A stretch of 32,000 nt of DNA from Clostridia bacterium (GTDB lineage: Bacteria > Bacillota > Clostridia > UMGS1883): positions 11,386 to 43,385 of the forward strand of contig JAZPYX010000030.1 in assembly GCA_045544395.1 (NCBI GenBank), read 5' to 3'. Below, in pieces: positions 8,222 to 15,737 of this stretch (its first letter is position 1; each line of letters starts with the position of its first letter). A program made the position numbers and the translations under genes. The notes below the pieces were generated by a model. The model ran no database searches and was not told the origin of the DNA. It saw only the letters and a list, made by a program, of their open reading frames with translations.

Positions 8222-8250
8222 ATTCTAACCCAAACGCTATAAAATGTCAA
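8222..8250 (-). promoter_or_regulatory. candidate promoter of the divergent O-acetyltransferase gene
   Basis: The minus strand reads TTGACA, a 17-nt spacer, then TAGAAT. Confidence 0.6.
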
Positions 8251-8307
8251 GCTACATAGAAAATGCCAGGTTAAACTGTATAATAAGTTGGACGGTGCAA
8301 ATTAATG

Positions 8308-8336
8308 TTGACTAACAAATAAATTTATATTATAAT
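8308..8336 (+). promoter_or_regulatory. candidate promoter of the 22-gene polysaccharide operon
   Basis: TTGACT, a 17-nt spacer, then TATAAT (a perfect -10). It lies about 58 nt upstream of the first ATG at 8394. I see no other strong promoter or any terminator inside the locus. Confidence 0.7.
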
Positions 8337-8393
8337 ATAGAAGTGTCTTTGTGCGCATAATTATGAAAAAACTCGAAAGAGGGTACTGATAAA

Positions 8394-9521
8394 ATGGCGG
8401 AAAATGAGAGGATTTGGCTTTCCTGTCCCACAATGCACGGGGAAGAGCAGGTGTTTGTGAAAGAGGCATTTGATACTAACTGGGTAGCACCTCTTGGTAA
8501 AAATGTCAATGAATTCGAAAAAGAGATAGCTTCTTTTGTTGGTGTGAAGGAAGCGGCTGCAATGACTGCAGGCACTCACGCACTTCATCTTGCAGTAAAA
8601 CTTGCAGGAGTTAAAGAGGGGGATATTGTTCTCTGTTCTGACCTTACATTTTCTGCAACAGTTAACCCCGTAAGCTACGAAAACGGAACTCAGGTTTTTA
8701 TCGACAGTGAACGTGACACGTGGAATATGGACCCTGCTGCTCTTAAAATTGCTCTTGAAAAGTATCAGGGCAGAGTTAAGGCGGTTATGCTTGTACATCT
8801 TTACGGTACACCGTCGAAGATTGATGAAATAAAAGCACTTTGTGACGAGTACAGAGTGACGCTTATTGAGGATGCTGCAGAATCTCTCTCAGCTACATAT
8901 AAGGGCAAGCAGACAGGCTCTTTTGGTAAATACGGTGCAATCAGCTTTAACGGAAATAAGATTATAACGACATCAGGCGGCGGAATGTTCCTGTCAGACG
9001 ATGTGGAGGCAGTTAAAAAGGTGAGATTCTTCTCAACTCAGGCGCGTGAGCCTTTCCCGTATTATCAGCACGAAGAAATCGGTTATAACTACCGTATGAG
9101 TAATGTTGTGGCAGGTATTGGCAGAGGTCAGATTCTCCACCTTGAAGAACACAGAAAACTGAAAGAGGATATATATTTCCGTTATAAGGAGGGGTTAAAA
9201 GACCTTCCCGTAACAATGAATCCTTACGAGGATTGTGCAGTACCTAACTTCTGGCTTAGTTGTATGCTTCTTTCGGAAGATGCAATGAAAATCACAGAGC
9301 CCGAAAAAATCCGTATTGCACTTGAAGAGGAAAATATCGAGTCAAGACCTATATGGAAGCCTATGCATATGCAGCCTGTGTACAAGGAAAATGATTTTAT
9401 CACTGCAGGTGACAATGTGGGTGAGGACATTTTCCGCAGAGGGTTATGTTTGCCAAGTGATATAAAAATGACAAAAAGTCAGCAACAGAAAGTAATTGAT
9501 TTAATCAAGGAGTTATTCTGA
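8394..9521 (+). CDS. DegT/EpsN/PglE-family PLP-dependent aminotransferase (nucleotide-4-keto-6-deoxy-HexNAc 4-aminotransferase type)
   Basis: Near-colinear resemblance to B. subtilis EpsN as I recall it: TNWVAPLG, FIDSE.DTWNM, IEDAAESL, SFNGNKIITTSGGGM (PLP lysine), STQAREP, YQH.EIGYNYR.SN, E.RP.WKP.H.QP and GLCLPS. Confidence 0.85.
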   Translation: MAENERIWLSCPTMHGEEQVFVKEAFDTNWVAPLGKNVNEFEKEIASFVGVKEAAAMTAGTHALHLAVKLAGVKEGDIVLCSDLTFSATVNPVSYENGTQVFIDSERDTWNMDPAALKIALEKYQGRVKAVMLVHLYGTPSKIDEIKALCDEYRVTLIEDAAESLSATYKGKQTGSFGKYGAISFNGNKIITTSGGGMFLSDDVEAVKKVRFFSTQAREPFPYYQHEEIGYNYRMSNVVAGIGRGQILHLEEHRKLKEDIYFRYKEGLKDLPVTMNPYEDCAVPNFWLSCMLLSEDAMKITEPEKIRIALEEENIESRPIWKPMHMQPVYKENDFITAGDNVGEDIFRRGLCLPSDIKMTKSQQQKVIDLIKELF

Positions 9522-10207
9522 TGTATGAAAAGTTTTTAAAACGTGCTTTTGATATAATTTGCGCGTTGTTAGCTATAATTGTATTTTCCTGGCTGTTTTT
9601 GATTGTGGCATTGCTTGTGAGGATAAAACACGGCAGTCCTGTTATTTTTAAACAAGCACGCCCGGGACTTAACGGAAAGATTTTTTATCTTTATAAATTC
9701 AGAACAATGACTAATGAATGTGATGAAAGCGGAAACCTTCTTCCGGATAATGTTCGTCTGACAAAGTTTGGAAAGCTTCTCAGAAAAACAAGCCTTGACG
9801 AGCTTCCCGAAGCATTCAATATTCTGAAAGGTGATATGTCTGTTGTAGGGCCGAGACCGCAACTTGTTCGGGATATGGTTTTTTTTAGTGAGGAACAGAT
9901 GAAACGGCAAAGTGTACTCCCGGGACTTACCGGTCTTGCACAGATCAGTGGCAGAAACGGAATCACATGGGAAGAAAAGATAGCGTTTGACCTTGAATAC
10001 ATAAAAAAAATAACGTTTATAGGTGATGTCAGAATAATTTTTCTTACAGTGTGGCGTGCATTTGTCAAGCAAGATGGTGTTTCACAGGAAGGTATGGATA
10101 CCGCTGAAGATATGGGGGATTATTTACTTCGATGCGGAAAAGTAAGCCAAGAAGAATATGATGAAAAACATAAGAAAAGCAAGGAATTGATTGAGGGAAT
10201 ACGATGA
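9521..10207 (+). CDS. small monotopic phosphoglycosyl transferase (PglC/EpsL/WcfS-like priming sugar transferase)
   Basis: 228 aa. A single N-terminal re-entrant helix, then KQARPG, YKFRTM and SLDELPEAFNILKGDMSVVGPRP (catalytic Asp-Glu dyad region). Its start overlaps the aminotransferase stop (TGATG). Confidence 0.85.
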   Translation: MYEKFLKRAFDIICALLAIIVFSWLFLIVALLVRIKHGSPVIFKQARPGLNGKIFYLYKFRTMTNECDESGNLLPDNVRLTKFGKLLRKTSLDELPEAFNILKGDMSVVGPRPQLVRDMVFFSEEQMKRQSVLPGLTGLAQISGRNGITWEEKIAFDLEYIKKITFIGDVRIIFLTVWRAFVKQDGVSQEGMDTAEDMGDYLLRCGKVSQEEYDEKHKKSKELIEGIR

Positions 10208-10713
10208 AAGTAGTAAAATGGCTTTATGAAAAAATCACGAAAAGAGAAGCACCGTATTATTACAATTACAGTGTTTTAAAAATTGTAGCCAAGCCGATAA
10301 GAAAATACTTTACCAATGTAGTGGCAGCAAACTGTCCGTTTAATTGTATTCGTATCCTCATTTACAGAATGTGCGGATTCAAAATAGGGAAAAAAACTTT
10401 TATAGGGATGCGTTGCTATTTAGATGATTTGTGCTATGACAAGCTTGAAATAGGTAGCAACTGTATTATTTCATACGGCGTGTTTTTTGCTTGCCATGGA
10501 AGAAATCAGGGACATGTCCCGATTGTTATAAAAGACGGTGTATATATAGGGATGCGGGCAAGTGTGATCTCAAAAGGAACCGATGAAAATGGTATTATTG
10601 TAGGCGAAAATGCTGTAATAGGAGCTTGCACATTAGTAAATAAGAATATACCAAAAGGGGTAACTGCGGTTGGAATTCCCTGTAGAATTATTGAGGAGAG
10701 TGAAGAGCAGTGA
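10204..10713 (+). CDS. hexapeptide-repeat acetyltransferase (LacA/WbbJ-like)
   Basis: 169 aa. Left-handed beta-helix repeats (IGSNCIISYGV...IKDGVYIGMRASV...VGENAVIGACTLV) and a GIPCRII tail. ATGA overlap with the previous gene. Confidence 0.7.
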   Translation: MKVVKWLYEKITKREAPYYYNYSVLKIVAKPIRKYFTNVVAANCPFNCIRILIYRMCGFKIGKKTFIGMRCYLDDLCYDKLEIGSNCIISYGVFFACHGRNQGHVPIVIKDGVYIGMRASVISKGTDENGIIVGENAVIGACTLVNKNIPKGVTAVGIPCRIIEESEEQ

Positions 10714-11474
10714 AAGATTTGGTTTCAGTTATAATGCCATCTTATAATACAGCGGAATTTATAAAAGAGACAATAGAATCTGTCCTTCATCAGACGTATC
10801 AGAATTTTGAAATTATAATTGTGGACGATTGTTCTACTGATAATACGGATGAAGTAGTTTCATCAATTAAAGATGAAAGAATCAAATATTTAAAAAACGA
10901 AAAAAATAGTGGGGCGGCGATTTCTCGAAATCGCGCACTCCGAGAAGCAAAAGGCGAATGGATAGCTTTTCTGGACAGTGATGATGTATGGCTTCCGGAA
11001 AAACTTGAAAAACAGATTTCTTTTATGAAAAAGAACGGGTATAAGTTTTCTTACACCGCTTATGAAGAAATGAATGAGAACTCGTTAGAGACAGGTGTCT
11101 GGGTTTCAGGTCCCGGTAAAATAACAAAAGCCGGTATGTATAATTATTGTTGGCCGGGATGTCTTACAGTTATGTACAGTGCTGAAAATATCGGCCTTGT
11201 TCAAATTGAGGATATCAAGAAAAATAATGATTATGCAATGTGGTTGAAAGCGATAAAAAAAGAAAACTGTTATTTGCTTAATGAAAAGCTTGCGAAATAT
11301 CGTATTCGAAGCGGTTCCATATCAAGACACAGCAAGCTTAAACTTATAAAGCACCATTATTTGCTTTATAAAATAGGCGAAAAAAGAAATTGTGTTTCAA
11401 GTATTGTATTGACGATTCGTAATCTGTTTTTTGGAGTTGTCAAGAAGTTAGTATATGTAAAAAAAGAGTGTTAA
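10710..11474 (+). CDS. family 2 glycosyltransferase
   Basis: VSVIMPSYNTAEFI, IIIVDDCSTDNT and FLDSDD (DxD), which is the GT-A signature. GTGA overlap with the previous stop. Confidence 0.85.
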   Translation: MKDLVSVIMPSYNTAEFIKETIESVLHQTYQNFEIIIVDDCSTDNTDEVVSSIKDERIKYLKNEKNSGAAISRNRALREAKGEWIAFLDSDDVWLPEKLEKQISFMKKNGYKFSYTAYEEMNENSLETGVWVSGPGKITKAGMYNYCWPGCLTVMYSAENIGLVQIEDIKKNNDYAMWLKAIKKENCYLLNEKLAKYRIRSGSISRHSKLKLIKHHYLLYKIGEKRNCVSSIVLTIRNLFFGVVKKLVYVKKEC

Positions 11475-11477
11475 CAT

Positions 11478-12521
11478 ATGAAAAAGATTGCAGTTATCGG
11501 ACATTTTGGATTTGGAAAAAACTTACTTAACGGACAAACAATAAAGACGAAAGTGTTTACAGAAGCACTTAAAGAGTATGTCGGACAGGAGAATATAACT
11601 TGTGTAGATACCCATGGAGGACTCAAAACTCTTATAAAAATTGTTGCAAAAATCAACTCTGTATTAAAAAAAAATGATGATATAATTATGCTTCCGGCTC
11701 ATAACGGAGTGTTGGTGTTTACTCCGTTGTTAAGCTTCTTTAACTGCTTTTTAAAAAGAAAACTTCACTATGTTGTTATTGGCGGATGGTTGCCTGAATA
11801 CCTTGATAAACATAAAATTACAGGCAAACTCCTTAAAAAGAAATTTGCGGGAATCTATGTAGAGACATCCGTTATGAAAAATGATTTGAACAATCGTAAT
11901 TTCAGTAACGTGCATATACTTCCGAATTACAAAAATATTGACCCTGTACGGGAAACTGAACTGTTAATGGTTGATGCGTATCCGATAAAGGCTTGCACTT
12001 TTTCCAGAGTGATGCCTCAAAAGGGGATAATAGATGCAGTGAGGGCAGTGACTGAAATTAATAAAGAGGCAAACAAAACGATTATAACTCTTGATGTATA
12101 TGGTGCAGTAGACGATCAATTCAGAAATGAATTTGAAACAATTTTAGAAAATGCTCCGGACTACGTTTGTTATAAGGGGATGGTAGATTATGATAAAACG
12201 GTGTTAACTTTAAAGGAGTATGATCTGCAGTTGTTTCCTACCAAATTTAAAACAGAAGGAATCCCCGGTTCTGTCGTAGAGAGCTTTTTCGCAGGCGTTC
12301 CGGTAGTTTCTGCGAAGTGGAACAGTTTTGAAGATGTCTTTACGGATGAAAAAACAGGAATTGGGTTTGAAATAGGAAATTACGATGATTTCAAGAAAAA
12401 ACTTAAGGAATTAATCAGCAATTACAACTTGCTGAATGATATGAAGAAAAATTGTTTGGTAAAAGCGAATAGCTATAAGAATGAAAGTATAGAAGCATTA
12501 AAAAAATTCTTCTTTGACTAA
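11478..12521 (+). CDS. GT-B fold glycosyltransferase (GT4-like, retaining)
   Basis: 347 aa. The C-terminal block PTKFKTEGIPGSVVESFFAGVPVVS...TGIGFE matches the E-x7-E nucleotide-sugar-binding region of GT4 enzymes. Confidence 0.75.
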   Translation: MKKIAVIGHFGFGKNLLNGQTIKTKVFTEALKEYVGQENITCVDTHGGLKTLIKIVAKINSVLKKNDDIIMLPAHNGVLVFTPLLSFFNCFLKRKLHYVVIGGWLPEYLDKHKITGKLLKKKFAGIYVETSVMKNDLNNRNFSNVHILPNYKNIDPVRETELLMVDAYPIKACTFSRVMPQKGIIDAVRAVTEINKEANKTIITLDVYGAVDDQFRNEFETILENAPDYVCYKGMVDYDKTVLTLKEYDLQLFPTKFKTEGIPGSVVESFFAGVPVVSAKWNSFEDVFTDEKTGIGFEIGNYDDFKKKLKELISNYNLLNDMKKNCLVKANSYKNESIEALKKFFFD

Positions 12522-12548
12522 GCTTTTTAATGCGATGAGGAATCGGTA

Positions 12549-13487
12549 ATGAAAAAGTATATAAAAGTTTTTAAACGTTGGTTTGGTATGCTTTCCGGAA
12601 AAAGTGTTTTTCATAAAGCTCAAAGCAAGGGAACCCTAATGTGTAAAGATGCGGTAAGAGGTTATTATAGTGACTTAAGGCACAAAGTTAAGGATAATAA
12701 CGTTTTGGATCAGTCAGGAGTTCCGATAAACACTTCAAGCGAAGGAAGAGCTTTTTACTTTCCGATTGCTGTGTTTCAGTATGGCTTGGGTGCATATGAT
12801 TTATTTTTGGAAACAGGCGATGAGTCGTATAAGGACAAGTTTATGAATATTGTGAACTGGGCGTTTGAAAATCAGCAGATGAATGGTGCATGGGATGCCT
12901 TTGGCTGGTGTGATGAACAGCATCCGTTTTCTTCTATGGCGCAGTCAGAAGGAGCGTCTTTGCTGTGCAGAGCTTTTATAGAAACAAAAGATGAAAATTA
13001 TCTTAAATATGCAAAAAAAGCTCTTGATTTTATGTTAGTTTCCGTGGAAGACGGTGGAACAGCGTATTATGATGATTTGGGAAACCTTGTGTCTCTTGAA
13101 GAGTCCGGAAAAATAAAAACAGTGATGAATGGAATGATTTTTTCAGTTTGGGGTATTTTTGATTATTTGCTATGTGCTTCAGATGATAATCTGGAGCGGA
13201 GACTTACACAAGCTGTTGAAAGCTTGTCCGGGCTTTTGCCGCAATTTGACAGAGGATACTGGAGTAACTATGATTTGGAAAATCATATTGCAAGTCCTTT
13301 TTATCACACACTTCATATTGAACAACTTAAAGTTATGGAAGAACTATTCCCCGATAAAAAATTTAAAGACTACAGACAAAAATTTGAGAAGTACAGTAAT
13401 TCTAAATTGAAAAGCAAGAGGGCTTTTGTGGTTAAAGCGATTCAGAAAATGCGGAGTATTAAAAGTGATTCGGTAATAGTAGAGTGA
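12549..13487 (+). CDS. D-glucuronyl C5-epimerase C-terminal-domain family protein
   Basis: 312 aa with no signal peptide or TM helix. Blocks align with the C-terminal barrel of animal heparosan glucuronyl C5-epimerase as I recall it. SSMAQSEGASLLCRAF corresponds to SAMAQGQAISTLVRAY. NGMIFSVWGIFDY corresponds to NGFMYSLIGLYDL. LPQFDRGYWSNYDLENH corresponds to LPLYDTGSGTIYDLRH. PFYHTLHIEQL corresponds to WDYHTTHINQL. Confidence 0.7.
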   Translation: MKKYIKVFKRWFGMLSGKSVFHKAQSKGTLMCKDAVRGYYSDLRHKVKDNNVLDQSGVPINTSSEGRAFYFPIAVFQYGLGAYDLFLETGDESYKDKFMNIVNWAFENQQMNGAWDAFGWCDEQHPFSSMAQSEGASLLCRAFIETKDENYLKYAKKALDFMLVSVEDGGTAYYDDLGNLVSLEESGKIKTVMNGMIFSVWGIFDYLLCASDDNLERRLTQAVESLSGLLPQFDRGYWSNYDLENHIASPFYHTLHIEQLKVMEELFPDKKFKDYRQKFEKYSNSKLKSKRAFVVKAIQKMRSIKSDSVIVE

Positions 13488-13542
13488 TGGTTTAAAAAAT
13501 GATGGTTCGCAGTTTGAAGTAAACTGTAGAAGGAGGATAAAA

Positions 13543-14442
13543 ATGAATCGAGGTAAAGTATCAGTAATAATACCGACATACAAGGGTGACGATAATGTAG
13601 CCAGAGCGGTAGAGAGTGTTTTGAACCAGACCTACAATGATATTGAGATATTCGTGGTTGACGATAATGGAAGAGGAACAGAAAAGCAGTTGGCGACTGA
13701 AAATGCACTCAGAAGCTACATTGATGAAGGAAAGATTACATATCTTATTCATGAAAAGAATATCAACGGCTCTGCGGCAAGAAATACCGGAGCCCGTGCA
13801 TCTTCAGGAGAATTTATTTGTTTTCTTGATGATGATGATGAGTATTTGCCTAAGAACGTAGAAAATCATATAAAGCGTTTCAGAGAATTGTCGGAGGATT
13901 ACGGAATTACCCATTGTGCAATAAAGAGATTCTATGAGTATAACCGTCAGGAAATAATTTCTCCGACCCATGAAGGAGAGGCTCTTTTGGATTTTATGTG
14001 TGGAAAAGTTAAGATGGGTTCCAGTTGTATTATGGTAAGAAGAAGTGCTTATGAAAGCGTAAACGGATTTGATGAAACTTTCCGACGCCATCAGGATTGG
14101 GAATTTTCCGCAAGAATATTACGCAACTACAAAGTAGCTATGGTAAATGAAGTAGGACTTAACAAATATCAGCTTTACAGAAATAGTGCAAAAAATCCTG
14201 AGCAATATGAAAAAAACAGGTTGTACTATCTTGAAAGAATGGCGTTTATTATAGATTCTTTTGATAAAAAGGACAGAAATAAGATTTTCAATGCACATTA
14301 TCAGCAGATAGCAATAGATTATTTTAAGGCGAAAAAGTTTGGAAAGTGTATTAAATGGACGATGAAAACAACCAACCCCGTAAAGTGTTGGGGAACAATA
14401 TTTATGGATGCAATGAGATTTATAAAAAGAAAGTATATGTAA
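13543..14442 (+). CDS. family 2 glycosyltransferase
   Basis: VSVIIPTYKG, IFVVDDNGRG and FLDDDDEY (DxD). Strong GGAGG RBS. Confidence 0.85.
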   Translation: MNRGKVSVIIPTYKGDDNVARAVESVLNQTYNDIEIFVVDDNGRGTEKQLATENALRSYIDEGKITYLIHEKNINGSAARNTGARASSGEFICFLDDDDEYLPKNVENHIKRFRELSEDYGITHCAIKRFYEYNRQEIISPTHEGEALLDFMCGKVKMGSSCIMVRRSAYESVNGFDETFRRHQDWEFSARILRNYKVAMVNEVGLNKYQLYRNSAKNPEQYEKNRLYYLERMAFIIDSFDKKDRNKIFNAHYQQIAIDYFKAKKFGKCIKWTMKTTNPVKCWGTIFMDAMRFIKRKYM

Positions 14443-14465
14443 ATATCCCGAAGGAGCTTTGTTGA

Positions 14466-15737
14466 ATGGACAGGCAGGAGCAAAGGACAAAAAAAGAATA
14501 TTTGACATCGTTTATAGTGGCGTATGTAATAGCTATTAAAGGTATGAATCAGCTGATAGGAGCTATTTTAGGTCGGACTAACGGTATAATGATGATTAGC
14601 TTGATTTTTGTATCAGGTTTGCTTGTGTTGCATTTTTTCATATCAGACAAGAATGAAAACCTTAATTTGAATAAAAAGTCTTTGCTTTTTGTTTACTATA
14701 TCGTAAGTGTAATTGTTGTGTATAAGTATGCGTATAAATACGGAAGTGCTTCTTATGAAGAACTCTTTGTTTTTGTGTTGATTCCGATTTATCTTTCTTT
14801 TTATAAAATTGATGTTGAACAAGTTCTTAAATATCTTACTTTTTTATCTGTTCTGATATTACCTTTTTCAGGGATGTTTTTCAAGAGTACAGCAACAATA
14901 GCTTTTGAAACTATCGGCATGACGGCAAGTTACAATACACTTATTTTTGTGGTTGCTGCTGCACTTCACTTTTGGTACTACAGAAAAAATGCGGGATTTT
15001 TGATGTGGGTAGGATATTTGGCAAATATTTATTATTTGATAAAGATTTTAACTTTGGGAAACCGTGGTGTGTTTGTTTCAATTGCTGTCTTTTTGGTACT
15101 TTTACTTCTTCATGATACTGATAAAAACGGAAAAATAAATAAAAATAATTACAAAAAAGTATTGATTACCCTTGTTGTGGGAATTTTGGTTATATATGTT
15201 GTTAATAATTTTGAAGAAATATTAGGCGCGATAGATAAGTGGTTAAAGTCTATGGGAATGGAAATCAGTGCTATTTCCAAAAATGTACATAAGCTGGAAC
15301 AAGGCGATATTACCAACGGACGGCAAATTATTACGGAATTTACGAAAAAAGGAATAAAAGAAAAAATGCTTTTGGGTAACGGTATATCAACGATGTTGCA
15401 CAATAGCGGTTATACAATGGCATATCCGCATAATATTTTCTTGCAACTATGGTATGATTTGGGAATATTTGTATCTATACCGTTGTTTTGTTTGATTGCT
15501 AAAGCTACAATAAAAACTTTCTTTGATTCTTCTATTAGTAAAGAATATTCAGTTTTGCTGATTTTTTTGTATACTTTATCTATTCCAAGGTTATGTGTTT
15601 CATCACAATTGTGGGTAGATATATCGTTTTGGTTTTTGATGATGTATACAATTACTCCAAATCTCTACGAGAAGCATAATTACGGTGTATCGGACGACTT
15701 TGAAGAAAAGGAGCACTTGCGCGATGAAAGAAACTGA
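14466..15737 (+). CDS. wzy: repeat-unit polymerase (Wzy; O-antigen ligase/polymerase-like family)
   Basis: 423 aa with about 10-12 TM helices and a large loop in the C-terminal half. Contains the LGNRGVFVSIAVF segment typical of Wzy_C-type proteins. Low sequence complexity and AT-rich codons are usual for wzy. Confidence 0.7.
   Translation: MDRQEQRTKKEYLTSFIVAYVIAIKGMNQLIGAILGRTNGIMMISLIFVSGLLVLHFFISDKNENLNLNKKSLLFVYYIVSVIVVYKYAYKYGSASYEELFVFVLIPIYLSFYKIDVEQVLKYLTFLSVLILPFSGMFFKSTATIAFETIGMTASYNTLIFVVAAALHFWYYRKNAGFLMWVGYLANIYYLIKILTLGNRGVFVSIAVFLVLLLLHDTDKNGKINKNNYKKVLITLVVGILVIYVVNNFEEILGAIDKWLKSMGMEISAISKNVHKLEQGDITNGRQIITEFTKKGIKEKMLLGNGISTMLHNSGYTMAYPHNIFLQLWYDLGIFVSIPLFCLIAKATIKTFFDSSISKEYSVLLIFLYTLSIPRLCVSSQLWVDISFWFLMMYTITPNLYEKHNYGVSDDFEEKEHLRDERN

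Noticed and set aside
8183-8242. 19-codon hydrophobic ORF (MIALIKILLYLLLILTQTL) in the divergent promoter region
   Set aside because: It has no RBS. It overlaps the predicted -10 box and reaches the -35 box of the acetyltransferase promoter (8222-8250), and it would lie upstream of the plus-strand promoter. It is most likely a chance ORF.
8163-8393. Invertible (phase-variable) promoter upstream of the polysaccharide operon
   Set aside because: I found no flanking inverted repeats. The only palindrome is the AT-only TATATTATAATATA overlapping the -10 box. No recombinase gene is nearby.
8361-10072. Minus-strand ORFs of 145, 167 and 125 aa antisense to the aminotransferase and priming transferase genes
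   Set aside because: They are Cys/Phe/Ser-rich with no recognisable domains or RBS. The plus-strand genes have strong family motifs, so these are shadow ORFs in AT-rich DNA.
11666-11674. Homopolymer tracts as slipped-strand phase-variation sites: A9 in the GT4 gene, T8 at 9889-9896, A8 at 10003-10010 and A8 at 28403-28410
   Set aside because: In an AT-rich 32-kb window, runs of 8-9 are roughly what chance predicts. They encode ordinary Lys/Phe codons and are not concentrated near 5' ends. This is worth checking only if population data show length variation.
15685-15723. Longer N-terminus (MYRTTLKKRSTCA...) for the GT56-like gene as given in the ORF track
   Set aside because: The extension has no RBS and would overlap wzy by 53 nt. 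The ATG at 15724 has AAGGAG upstream and gives a 359-aa product, the length I recall for WecF.
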